From Acidobacteriota bacterium (GTDB taxonomy: Bacteria; Acidobacteriota; UBA6911; JACQSX01), in assembly GCA_016211105.1 (NCBI GenBank), contig JACQSX010000029.1:5210-69209 (forward strand): a stretch of DNA of 64,000 nucleotides, read 5' to 3'. The stretch's first letter is position 1, and each line of letters begins with the position of its first letter. Below the pieces are notes generated by a model. That model was not told where the DNA came from. It ran no database searches and was given only the letters and a program-made list of their open reading frames with translations. Of the stretch, positions 49,630 through 59,509 are shown piece after piece. The translations under genes and the position numbers were made by a program.

Positions 49630-51603
49630 TCATGATGAAACACGCGGCAGGAAAATCTTGAAGGTGGTCCCAAGTCCCAACTGGCTGTTGAACCGAATAT
49701 CGCCACCGTTCTGTTTGACAATCCCGTAGACGATTGAAAGACCCAACCCGGTTCTCTTCTCCTTGTTCTTAGTGGTGAAAAACGGTTCAAAAATGTGGGA
49801 TTGAACCTCCGGGCTCATTCCCGTGCCTGTGTCGCTCACCGACAACACCACCCAGGAACCAGGAGGAACGGTGGAAGGCTTTCGCACGGGTGTCTCAGCT
49901 ACGTCCGTTTGGGCAGCCTCAATCGTGAGTTTACCCCCTTCCGGCATGGCATCGCTGGCATTGATTACCAGGTTGGTGATGACTTGCTCGATCTGTCCCG
50001 GATCCACCCTGACCTGTCCAACTGCACGATCCAGGAGAGTAACCAACTCTACATCGGGCCGAACTGCGTGCCGAAGTAGCTTCTCCATGTTGGTTATGAT
50101 CCCATTCAGATCCACGACTTCCAGGTGAAGCTCCTGCTTTCGGCTAAAAGTCAATAGCTTGCGGGCCAATACCGCAGCCCGTTCCCCCGCGCTCTTGACT
50201 TGTTCAAGATTCCCCCGCAACGGGTGGCCGGGGGGGAGTTCTATCAGACTTAAGTCAGTGTACCCGCTGATTGCCATCAGGAGGTTGTTGAAATCGTGCA
50301 CGATCCCCCCTGCAAATCTGCCGAGAGCCTCTATTCTGTCGACATGACGCGCATATTCTTCAAACTTCTTGCGCTCGGTGATGTCGCGAAAAATACACCG
50401 CAAAACACGCCGGCCGGACAAGTCAATGACCTGTGCTATCACCTGGATATCCCTAATATCGCCCTGCTTGGTGCGGTGTCTGGTTTCAAAGTCGTCCCGC
50501 CCTTCACGAAGTATCTCCTCAATGTGTGCCGTTGTTGCCTCAGGAGTCTCGTTTACTTCAAAGTCAGATATGCGTAACCTGGAAAATTCTTCATGAGAAT
50601 AACCGAGTTGTCGGCAGACCGCCTCGTTGAAATCCAGCACTCTTTTACTCTCAGGATCAATGATCACACTGCCATCGGGCGCCTGGTTGAAAAACGTGCG
50701 ATAACGCAGTTCAGCCTCCTGAAGGCTGATTACTAATTGCCTCTGTTCCGTAATGTCCCGCGCAATCGCTGAGGCGCCTACTATATTGCCGGCTGCATCG
50801 TTGACGGGAGAGACTTTTAGCGAAACGTCAATCGTCCTGCCATCCTTCGTTATGCATGGAATTTCAATGTGATCGATGTGGTCCCCAGCGCGGATTCGCG
50901 AAAGGATCTCCTGCGCCTGATTGAGATGATCCCGGGGCACCAGGATGAAACCAGGCCGTCCTTTGATTTCCTCGGCGGAGTATCCATACGTTTTGGCGGC
51001 GCCGGAGTTCCACGTGACCACAACTCCATCCAACGTATAGCTGATGATGGCATCCTCCGCACTTTCTACGATAAAAGCCAGTTGTGATAGCGCCTCTTCC
51101 GTCCGTTTGTGCTCCTCAATCTCCCGTTGCAATGTCGCATTGATTCTTGAAAGATCCGACGTTCTTTCTTCTATCCGTCTTTCCAGCTCAGCGTGGGACT
51201 TTTGGAGAGCCTCCTCCATGCTCTTTTTTTCTGTAATGTCGCGGGCCACGGCATAGGCCACGCCTTTTTCGACTAAGGGAAAACCTGTCCATGCCAGCCA
51301 TTTGTAAGAGCCATCTTTACACCGGTAGCGATTTTCAAAATACAGGACCGGTGCACCACGCGTGAGTTGCTCCATGGCCGCGAGAGTGGCCGCGCGGTCG
51401 TCCGGATGAACAAATTCCAGGAAGCGGGTCGCCAAAAGTTCGGACTTCGTAAAGCCCAGCGTCTTTTCAAAGGCGGGGTTGATGTATGTGAACCGCCCGT
51501 CCAGGTCCGCGACGCACAGCAAATCCAGTGAAAGGGAAAAGAGATGCCAAATATTTTCTTGCATCTCCGAAGAAACGAACTGGAACTCATCCCTGGATTC
51601 CAT
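49630..51603 (-). CDS. Cytoplasmic sensor histidine kinase with multiple PAS domains + HisKA + HATPase_c
   Basis: Three PAS/PAC repeats, an H-box (IVHDFNNLL) and N/G boxes (NLVINASDAM; GTGMS; GLGLSIV). AAGGAGGGG RBS. Confidence 0.9.
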   Translation of the reverse strand: MESRDEFQFVSSEMQENIWHLFSLSLDLLCVADLDGRFTYINPAFEKTLGFTKSELLATRFLEFVHPDDRAATLAAMEQLTRGAPVLYFENRYRCKDGSYKWLAWTGFPLVEKGVAYAVARDITEKKSMEEALQKSHAELERRIEERTSDLSRINATLQREIEEHKRTEEALSQLAFIVESAEDAIISYTLDGVVVTWNSGAAKTYGYSAEEIKGRPGFILVPRDHLNQAQEILSRIRAGDHIDHIEIPCITKDGRTIDVSLKVSPVNDAAGNIVGASAIARDITEQRQLVISLQEAELRYRTFFNQAPDGSVIIDPESKRVLDFNEAVCRQLGYSHEEFSRLRISDFEVNETPEATTAHIEEILREGRDDFETRHRTKQGDIRDIQVIAQVIDLSGRRVLRCIFRDITERKKFEEYARHVDRIEALGRFAGGIVHDFNNLLMAISGYTDLSLIELPPGHPLRGNLEQVKSAGERAAVLARKLLTFSRKQELHLEVVDLNGIITNMEKLLRHAVRPDVELVTLLDRAVGQVRVDPGQIEQVITNLVINASDAMPEGGKLTIEAAQTDVAETPVRKPSTVPPGSWVVLSVSDTGTGMSPEVQSHIFEPFFTTKNKEKRTGLGLSIVYGIVKQNGGDIRFNSQLGLGTTFKIFLPRVSS

Positions 51604-51753
51604 AGATGTTAAAGACTCTCATCCCCTCCTTCTTGGAACTGGAATTTCCGGTATCGAAGATGCATTGACCGAGGGATTTGATGATCCCTCTCATAGCAGG
51701 GGCTAGCTATAACTAACGAATGGTCGAGCAATTTCAGGACCTGCCCATTTTTC

Positions 51754-51767
51754 GGGGGGGGGGGGGG
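51754..51767. repeat. Homopolymeric G14 tract in a low-GC 670-bp non-coding region upstream of the histidine kinase operon
   Basis: Read directly: tttttc-G14-atactc. Confidence 0.6.
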
Positions 51768-52275
51768 ATACTCATAAGCCTCATATATTCAATATGTTAG
51801 GAGAGAAAAGGCTGAGCCATTAAACCTGCAAATAGGTACACAGGTCTCTTGATCGAACACCGACTCGCCCTAAAATGCCACCGGAAGATACCAATTTCAA
51901 CAAGATTTGGTAATTCCAATCTCATCGCCTGGGAAAGGGAGAGATGGCATCAGACTTCAAATCATTGCAGGGCTGCCGTGAGCCTTGCTCAGCCAGTGCT
52001 GGTCAGACAACCGACACCACCAGTAGAATCACAATTCTTAAACTGGAGCTTTCGCATTAGACTTGCCTCCTATTGCTATTGCAAAACTTCTACAAGGGAA
52101 ATCTCCAGCCTGCGGATGGAACGATGCATCGGCGTCCGTGCAGAGACTAATATGTCATAGCAATCCACCGCTATCCGCGTCTGGTCGCCACTTTAGACGC
52201 AATTACAGTGCGCCGAGTTCAAACCACGGCCCTTCTGGCGCTTTTCACGGAAGATGAGGCATATGCTCGCCTAGG

Positions 52276-53766
52276 CTAGATCACTCGCCTGCTGCGCGCG
52301 GGAAGTTGGGGTTTGAATACTTCGGTGACGGGTTCGTACACTCCATCCTTCGCCATGGGCACATACTCAAAGCCACGGCCGATGGGATCGTCGTAGCGCA
52401 CCGTCGTGTAGTCGATCCCCAAGGCGCTGTAAATGGTGGCAAAGATGTCTTCATTACGGATATCTCGATTGGAATGCCACCCAAAGTCGATGACACGATT
52501 GCCGGTCCTGTCAGTTTGACCAATGACCTGTCCACCCGCAGTCCCGCCCCCGGCAAAAAGAGAAAACTGACGCAGGAAATGATCGCGTCCACCTTGCCCA
52601 TTGTAACCAGGAGTACGTCCAAACTCTCCTTGCACTACAATCAACGTATCGTCAAAGAGGGTTTTCCCAGGTGTCTCCGGCGACGGCTTGCTTTGGAGGT
52701 CCTTGATTAAATTCGCTAAACCATAGTCTAAGGAGGGAGCAAGAGTCAGCAGGCTGTTATTGCCGGCGTAAATGTTGCTGTGCATGTCCCATCCACCCAG
52801 TGTAATGGTGATGAATCGTGTCCCCTTATTTGCAGCCAGAAGATTTCTGGCGACAATGCATGCGCCTCCGAACACCGACTGGCCGGCACGCTGGTTTCCG
52901 AGCGGTGGAGGAGAGTAACGTGTTGTTTCCTCCGTTGAGTACTGAAATGCCTGCTTGACTTCTTGGCTGCCCATCAATGTCAACGCCGACTTGTAAAATT
53001 CGCCCATGTCGTCGACGCTCTTGCCAAGGGGAGAGTCGATGCGCAGCGGTGAATCCAGATCCCGAATCAACCCCCATCGGCTGTCAAACCGTGACGGTCC
53101 GTCTGGATGGGCTAGCCCAGCCAAGCCAGTGGGCGCGGGGGAAACCTGAAACGGCGCGTACTTTGAGGAGATGTACCCGGATCCTACCAGATTGATGGAA
53201 TTGAGAGCAACAAAACCGGGCAGCACGTCGCTTGCTTTCCGGCGCGACTCCATTTCCAAGGCCACTACGGCACCGATGTTGGGACTGACGTTGCCCAAAG
53301 CCCCCGTGGGGCTCCGTCCGATCTGAGCCCAAGTCTGCGCTAACTCGTGCGCCAGCGCCTTGCTGAGCACGGAGCGCACGACTACGATCTCCCCCAAAAG
53401 ATCGGACAGGTTGGGTAATAAAGTCCGTGATATTTTGATGCCGCCGTAGGTCTCAGGCATCAAGTTCAATGGCTGACCGTTGACCGCAGGGGGACGCATC
53501 ACGTCGGCGTCCTCTTTGTAATCAAATGTATCGACGTGACTAGGAGCGCCGGCAAGAAACACAAAGACACAATTTTTCGCGGTTCCCACGGTTGGTACCT
53601 TGGCCTGCGCCAGAACATCGATGGGCCGTAATACGCGCGCAAAGTAATAGCCGCTCACGCCGGTTCCCGCAATCCGGAAAAACTGCCGCCGGCTAAAACC
53701 TGGACCCGATATAAAAGAAAACATTCGGCTGTGTTCCCCATTACACTGGCAACTGCGTTTGCTCAT
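52276..53766 (-). CDS. DUF1501-family protein (Tat-exported, sulfatase-like fold)
   Basis: Twin-arginine motif (SRRQFFRIAGTG) and DUF1501 core motifs. The start was moved to ATG 53766, which has a GGAG RBS. Confidence 0.8.
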   Translation of the reverse strand: MSKRSCQCNGEHSRMFSFISGPGFSRRQFFRIAGTGVSGYYFARVLRPIDVLAQAKVPTVGTAKNCVFVFLAGAPSHVDTFDYKEDADVMRPPAVNGQPLNLMPETYGGIKISRTLLPNLSDLLGEIVVVRSVLSKALAHELAQTWAQIGRSPTGALGNVSPNIGAVVALEMESRRKASDVLPGFVALNSINLVGSGYISSKYAPFQVSPAPTGLAGLAHPDGPSRFDSRWGLIRDLDSPLRIDSPLGKSVDDMGEFYKSALTLMGSQEVKQAFQYSTEETTRYSPPPLGNQRAGQSVFGGACIVARNLLAANKGTRFITITLGGWDMHSNIYAGNNSLLTLAPSLDYGLANLIKDLQSKPSPETPGKTLFDDTLIVVQGEFGRTPGYNGQGGRDHFLRQFSLFAGGGTAGGQVIGQTDRTGNRVIDFGWHSNRDIRNEDIFATIYSALGIDYTTVRYDDPIGRGFEYVPMAKDGVYEPVTEVFKPQLPARSRRVI

Positions 53767-53815
53767 TCCCTGCTCCATAAAGAAATCAAGAAAATCAGGA
53801 GTCGCATGCGAATTT

Positions 53816-55738
53816 TCAGTAATTGAAGATAAAATCCACTTTGTTAATGAACGCAAACTGCAGGTCTTCCAACTTAGAAGCCGAAACTGGATCACCCAGA
53901 TATAGGATCGACTTGTCCAGCTCCTCCAGACTGGGAAGGCGAGAGAGGGTCGCCAGATACAAGCGCGTCACCCTCTCCGCGGGAGTGAGATCCTTGTTCG
54001 CCCACAGCTTGCCCACCGTGCTATTAACGTTTGAAACCTTTATGCGCGTGGTGACAAAACTGTTATTCAACAGCGCCAACGCCTGCAAGATCGAACCCTC
54101 GCTGGATCTCGACCGATCGTCGCGATTGCCCCGCAGAAACGCATCCAAAAAAGTGCGCATCTGCAAGTTCCCCAACGGCTCTATCGTATCTGGCAATTGC
54201 ATTGCCCAATTAACCGGTTTGCTGTAAGCGCTCCCGCGAGGTTGATAGCTCGCCGGGACATTGGTCGCCTGCGTGATAACATCGGCAATCTCTTCGGCCT
54301 TCAACCGGCGCGGGAATTTGCGCGCAAAATAGGGAATATGCGCATCCGACCACGCCCCCGGGTAGCTACATGAAAGCTGGTAGGTCGCCGACTTCATGAT
54401 CGTGCCAATCAGGTACTTCAGATCGTAATTGTGTTGCTCGAAGTCTATGGCCAGCGCCTCCAGTAACTCAGGCTGATTCGCCTGCAGCAACCACCCTTCC
54501 GGTATCTTCGCCTCAATGCTGATGCGGTCCAGGTCAAAATTATCCGCCGGCTCGACGATACCCAGCCCAAACAACTCCTTCCAAACATAGTTCACAGTAG
54601 CGCGCGCAAATTGATGATCGGAGGTCAGCATGCGCGCCAGCGCAGAGCGGTAAGTCTCTGCCGGGTTGGGTCCGTAGGCATCAAAGGGACTACCATCGGG
54701 CAAATACTTCGGCATGACCACTTCGTTTGGGGCGGTTCCGTTTCGAGCGGTCTTGTTCCCTGAGGTAGTATTCAAGATATAACCGCCCGTTCTGTTGTCG
54801 GCGATCATAAAGCCAAGGATCCGGTTGTTGTCCTTCGGATCGCGGTAAGGATTCATTGCCGTCCGCGAAAAGAAGGCAGCCATCGCCCAAAAGTCATAGC
54901 GGGTCCTTTTCGTCAGATACAGGTTGAGCGCGTTGGTGTGTCCGGCCCCGTCGTGACAAGAAATACAGTTGAGACTCAACCCCAAAAATTGGCCCGCGGC
55001 TGCGGCCAGATTGTCGTACGTGTCTTGGATCGGACCATTCGGCTGCCGCCAACGGGCGACGAAATTTGCTGGCCCCTCCTCGGTAGTATTGCCTGTGCCG
55101 GTGATCAACTCGGTTACAAATTGATCATAAGGCTTGTTTTGGCCGATGGAAGCCCGAACGAAGTTGTAATAAGCATTGCGTGCCTCGGGATCCAGGTTGA
55201 TCTGCGTGGAGTTCAAGACTAATTGGAGCTGGTCTCCGATGAAATTGGACCAACGGTCGGCGTATTCGGGAGTGTCAAGCAAGGAATCAATCATCGCCTC
55301 ACGTCTGTCGGCTGCCGGATCATTCAGAAAATTGAGAACCACATCCGGAGAAGGAATTCGGCCGGTAGTATCCAAATAAACACGCCGCACAAATTCAGAG
55401 TCGGTGGTGAGATCGGCGAAAGCGACGCCGTCGCGTGCCATTGCGCCAAAAATGTGCGCATCGATGAAATTTTTCTGGACAGGCGCAAAGAATGACCGCC
55501 TCTGCGGCACTGCGGAAGAGGCTTCCTTTAACTTGGCTGCAATGAAGTTAAGTTCCTTCGTCGGATTGGAAACATAGAGGTGTTCATGTCCTGGAAAAAA
55601 AGTGCAATCCGCCACGCCAGGGCTTACTCCCTCCCGCTTCGTAGTCGGCACTCCGGCGCGCAACAATGCATCGACCGATATCCACCCAAGGGTCGCCCCT
55701 GCGATGGCAACGAACACGATTTTCAATCTTGCCGACAT
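53816..55738 (-). CDS. DUF1549/DUF1553-family protein (the usual partner of DUF1501 proteins)
   Basis: Conserved CISCHDGAGH motif of DUF1549, DUF1553-like C-terminal half, N-terminal signal anchor and a GGAGGG RBS. Confidence 0.75.
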   Translation of the reverse strand: MSARLKIVFVAIAGATLGWISVDALLRAGVPTTKREGVSPGVADCTFFPGHEHLYVSNPTKELNFIAAKLKEASSAVPQRRSFFAPVQKNFIDAHIFGAMARDGVAFADLTTDSEFVRRVYLDTTGRIPSPDVVLNFLNDPAADRREAMIDSLLDTPEYADRWSNFIGDQLQLVLNSTQINLDPEARNAYYNFVRASIGQNKPYDQFVTELITGTGNTTEEGPANFVARWRQPNGPIQDTYDNLAAAAGQFLGLSLNCISCHDGAGHTNALNLYLTKRTRYDFWAMAAFFSRTAMNPYRDPKDNNRILGFMIADNRTGGYILNTTSGNKTARNGTAPNEVVMPKYLPDGSPFDAYGPNPAETYRSALARMLTSDHQFARATVNYVWKELFGLGIVEPADNFDLDRISIEAKIPEGWLLQANQPELLEALAIDFEQHNYDLKYLIGTIMKSATYQLSCSYPGAWSDAHIPYFARKFPRRLKAEEIADVITQATNVPASYQPRGSAYSKPVNWAMQLPDTIEPLGNLQMRTFLDAFLRGNRDDRSRSSEGSILQALALLNNSFVTTRIKVSNVNSTVGKLWANKDLTPAERVTRLYLATLSRLPSLEELDKSILYLGDPVSASKLEDLQFAFINKVDFIFNY

Positions 55739-55962
55739 GGCCAGCCCTCCACAATCTTCAGCAAGCTTTTCGTTTAGACAGACGAACTCACAATCTGGTT
55801 TACCGTTCGATTATATTCCCAACTGGCCGAGCTCCGAGGTGAGATCTCGCGCTTCGGCCTGTGGCAATTCCAGCCGAGGGTAGATTCGCCTTGGCGGCTC
55901 AACAGCTTCGCCCGGTTCCCGCCGCCGCCCGACGAAGAAAAGAAAAGTATGGATCAAGCCGT

Positions 55963-56256
55963 CTAATCTTTGCTGCCAGTCCTCGACGCGAGAAAGCGAA
56001 ACGGGGAGCAGGCAAAAAGCCGGATTGCCACAGCCTGATTCCCACGCCACAGCCCCTGGGCCGTCAATTGCTCAAGCGCATAGGTTGCGCATGTGGGTTG
56101 GAACCGACAACGAACCAAAGGGGACTTGGAAAGCATCGGAGAGATCGCAATTTGATAAAAGTGGATCCCTGCAATCTCAGCCGCCAAGATCCAACCCGAT
56201 TGCAACGCCAAGCCCAAAACGAGAACCGCGAATGCAAACTTAAAACTTGTCCGCAT
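55963..56256 (-). CDS. yidD: Membrane protein insertion efficiency factor YidD
   Basis: FYQIAISPMLSKSPLVRCRFQPTCATYALEQL matches the YidD signature (ISP...CRF.PTCS.Y). Confidence 0.75.
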   Translation of the reverse strand: MRTSFKFAFAVLVLGLALQSGWILAAEIAGIHFYQIAISPMLSKSPLVRCRFQPTCATYALEQLTAQGLWRGNQAVAIRLFACSPFRFLASRTGSKD

Positions 56257-56614
56257 ACTGGGAGATGCCCGGGATGATCAGGCGCTCACCCTTCAAGCCC
56301 TTGACGATTGCCAGAACGTGGATAATTAGAAATAGAATCCACAGGAGAGGCGCCATGCCGCAGCCAGCGATGATCCCCAGAAATGGCAATGCAGCTAAAA
56401 CCGATAGCGCGATCCAGACGATTAATTCAGCGGCGGTCAATACCAGGCCATGCCTGGAGTGCCAGCGTACTTCTGTATCGGTCTTTTCCAACACGAATGG
56501 AATGAGAGCCAGCAGCCATAGGTAACTAAGGACGATCATCACCGTGCGGTTCGAGTCACCGGGCGACGGGGTGGTCGGCGAAGACGGAGGAGGGGTGGAG
56601 TTTGGAGTGCTCAT
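56240..56614 (-). CDS. Small membrane protein, DUF4870-like (Pro/Ser/Thr-rich N-terminus, 3 TM)
   Basis: ATG start and TM topology. Weak family resemblance only. Confidence 0.45.
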   Translation of the reverse strand: MSTPNSTPPPSSPTTPSPGDSNRTVMIVLSYLWLLALIPFVLEKTDTEVRWHSRHGLVLTAAELIVWIALSVLAALPFLGIIAGCGMAPLLWILFLIIHVLAIVKGLKGERLIIPGISQYADKF

Positions 56615-56754
56615 GGTGCTCCTTTAGCTAAATGGTTAATTGCAGTTCAATGAATCAGGTAACCCTCGCCCTATTGTAAGAATACTCGACCCTAAAAACA
56701 AACAAATGGGAATCAAATCACCGTCTCAGAGAGTCAAACCATGCGAATTCTTGA

Positions 56755-58209
56755 TTAGCCTAAATTCTTCTTCAGCAGCTCGTTGAGAATCTGGGGATTG
56801 GCTTGTCCTTTCGTCTGTTTCATTACTTCTCCCACAAAGAAACCGAGCAACTTGGTCCTTCCCCCTTGGTATTCGGCCACCTGTTTCTGATTGTTGGCAA
56901 TGACCGACTGGACAATTTGCTCAAGCGCTGTCCGATCGCTGATCTGTCTTACACCCAGCCGCTGAGCGGCAACCGCCGGTGCTTCGCCGCTGGTCCAGAT
57001 CTCCTCGAAGATCTGTTTCGCAATCTTGCCGCTTATTTCTCCCGAATCAATCAGCGCCACCATTTCTGCAAGGTGTCCCGGTCTGACGCGCACCGCAGAC
57101 AACGGAATGGCATCACGCTTCCAGAAGGCCAGGAAATCTCCGGTCAACCAACGAGCGATCGCCACCGGATTGCGGTTTTCGCGGGCGGCGGTCTCATAGT
57201 AATCGGCCAATTCACGCGACGCGCAAATCAGCAGAGCATCCGCATCACTAATCCCGAAAGTCGCGCAAAGCCGCTCCCGTTTGGCTTCAGGTAATTCCAC
57301 AATCGTTGCTCTGATCTCCTCCGACCAGGCTCCACTCACTTCCAGCGGTGGGAGATCCGGCTCGGGAAAATAACGATAGTCGTGCGCTTCCTCCTTTGTG
57401 CGCATGACAAATGTCTGTTCGCGCTCCGGGTCCCACAATCGAGTCTCCTGGAACACAGTCCGGCCTGCCCGCAGATCCTCGATCTGTCTCTGAATTTCAT
57501 AATCCAACGCCTTTTGCAAGAATCGAAAGGAGTTCAAATTTTTGATTTCCGTTTTAGTGCCGAATTTTTCAGAACCTTTGGGCCGTACGGAAACATTCGC
57601 GTCACACCGCAGGCTTCCCTCCTCCATGTTTCCGTCGTTGACCTCGAGATATATCAACAGACGGCGTAGGCTGAAGAGAAAATCATAGGCCTCCTGCGAT
57701 GAGCGGAAATCGGGTTGAGAAACTATTTCAATCAAAGGAACTCCGCTGCGGTTGAGATTCACATACGTGTCCTCTCCGGTATCGTGGATGGATTTCCCGG
57801 CGTCTTCCTCCAGATGAAGGCGGATGATGCCGAATTTTTTCTTTCGGTAATTGACGATATTCCCGGCTTTAGATCTCTCACCGCTGAGCAGCTCTACCTC
57901 GCCATCTTCGGCCAAAGGGAGGTCATACTGTGAAATTTGATAGCCTTTGGGAAGATCAGGATAAAAATAGTTCTTGCGCGCAAACACCGAAACTCGATTG
58001 ATCCGGCAATTCAACGCCAAGGCTACTTTGACGGCCATGCTGACCGCCTCGCGATTCAATGCCGGGAGCACTCCAGGTAATCCCAAACAGACCGGACACG
58101 TGCGAGCGTTCGGCTCCCCGCCAAATTCAGTACTGCAGCCGCAGAAAATCTTCGACCGAGTCAGTAATTGCGCGTGCACTTCTAAGCCAATGATCGGTTC
58201 AAACTCCAT
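56755..58209 (-). CDS. gatB: Asp-tRNA(Asn)/Glu-tRNA(Gln) amidotransferase subunit B
   Basis: Canonical GatB N-terminus (MEFEPIIGLEVHAQL...CGCSTEFG) and a YqeY-like tail. Confidence 0.95.
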   Translation of the reverse strand: MEFEPIIGLEVHAQLLTRSKIFCGCSTEFGGEPNARTCPVCLGLPGVLPALNREAVSMAVKVALALNCRINRVSVFARKNYFYPDLPKGYQISQYDLPLAEDGEVELLSGERSKAGNIVNYRKKKFGIIRLHLEEDAGKSIHDTGEDTYVNLNRSGVPLIEIVSQPDFRSSQEAYDFLFSLRRLLIYLEVNDGNMEEGSLRCDANVSVRPKGSEKFGTKTEIKNLNSFRFLQKALDYEIQRQIEDLRAGRTVFQETRLWDPEREQTFVMRTKEEAHDYRYFPEPDLPPLEVSGAWSEEIRATIVELPEAKRERLCATFGISDADALLICASRELADYYETAARENRNPVAIARWLTGDFLAFWKRDAIPLSAVRVRPGHLAEMVALIDSGEISGKIAKQIFEEIWTSGEAPAVAAQRLGVRQISDRTALEQIVQSVIANNQKQVAEYQGGRTKLLGFFVGEVMKQTKGQANPQILNELLKKNLG

Positions 58210-58342
58210 GTTGGTTCACTGTTGATGAGGTTCTTCCAATACAAACCATTCCGTGCGCGCCAGGACACCTACCGATTGTGGAATACGAGGACAAACAAAT
58301 TTCGCAATCCACAATCTGCATCCCGCAATCGGCAATCAACGG

Positions 58343-59296
58343 CTAACATGCTTCATTCATCTCCCTATGGATCTTCGCCACTGCCTCCCTGAGGACTTCC
58401 GGGTCCTCCCCAAAACCATGCAGCCAATAGATTCCCGGTTCCTTTCGAAACCAAGTGTACTGGCGCTTCGCATAACGCTGGGTCGTCCTCCGAACTTGCT
58501 CCAGCACATTGTCAAGCGTAAGCGTTCCTCTGATATGGCCAATCACCTCGCGATAACCGATGGCATCGAATGCCTTCCAGTCGGGGTTTGCCCCTGCTTG
58601 CAGCAACCGTGACACTTCTTCGACCCAACCGTGGCGCAACATCTCTTCAACACGGCGGTTGATTCTATCATAAAGGACTTTGCGGTCTGGGCTGAGCCCA
58701 AGACCAATCCAACGGAATTGCCGCAGCCAGGAATCGAGGCCCAGCTTGAATTCCGAAAACGGAATCCCGGTAGCGAAATAAACCTCAAGCGCTCTCACCA
58801 GTCGCACACGATCCGCTGGCATGAGCCGGCTGGCGCTGGCCGCGTCCACCCGCTGCAGCATGCGGAACAGAAAACGGTCCCCTTGTCTTATCACGATGGC
58901 ACGAAGTCGTTCCCGTAATTCAGGGATACGTCGGGGGGCATTCGAGAGGCCAAAAAGCACGGCACGATAGTAGAATCCAGTCCCCCCCACCAGCACTGCA
59001 GGAACGCCTCTTCTGACAATTGATTCGATGGCCTCGCGTCCCTGCCGTTGCATATCCCCTGCTGAATACACTTCCGGTAACTCCAGGATCCCGACCAGAT
59101 GATGCTTGATCCGCGCCAGATCGGCCGCCGAAGGCTTTCCCGTGCCCACATGGATGTCGCGATAAAGCTGTAACGAGTCGCAATTAACAATCTCGCCACC
59201 GAAGCGCTCTGCGACCGCAATCGCAAGGGCTGACTTGCCGGACGCGGTGGGACCGACGATAGAAATTACCAGTGGTTTTCCAGGTCTGACGGTCAT
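58343..59296 (-). CDS. miaA: tRNA dimethylallyltransferase
   Basis: P-loop (GPTASGKS) and MiaA core motifs. Confidence 0.95.
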   Translation of the reverse strand: MTVRPGKPLVISIVGPTASGKSALAIAVAERFGGEIVNCDSLQLYRDIHVGTGKPSAADLARIKHHLVGILELPEVYSAGDMQRQGREAIESIVRRGVPAVLVGGTGFYYRAVLFGLSNAPRRIPELRERLRAIVIRQGDRFLFRMLQRVDAASASRLMPADRVRLVRALEVYFATGIPFSEFKLGLDSWLRQFRWIGLGLSPDRKVLYDRINRRVEEMLRHGWVEEVSRLLQAGANPDWKAFDAIGYREVIGHIRGTLTLDNVLEQVRRTTQRYAKRQYTWFRKEPGIYWLHGFGEDPEVLREAVAKIHREMNEAC

Positions 59297-59509
59297 TGAG
59301 CCTGACTGGTTTGCGCCCGCGTTATTGGAATCTGGAATGCGGCAGGTAAACAGCGCGTTTCATTTCGTGGACCGGTTCACTGTTTGCGTTCCGTTGTTTC
59401 TCAGCCGTGGTGTGGCGGCTGGTTGGCACTCAAGATACGCTGCAGTCAAGCGCGGGTGATAACCAACCTCTTTTTGCACTCCGTACTACCGATCTGCGTT
59501 CCAGACCGC

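Noticed and set aside
51849-52257. ORFs 51849..52160 and 52063..52257 in the low-GC island
   Set aside because: No RBS, atypical composition and overlap with each other. The region is treated as non-coding (see the G14 finding).
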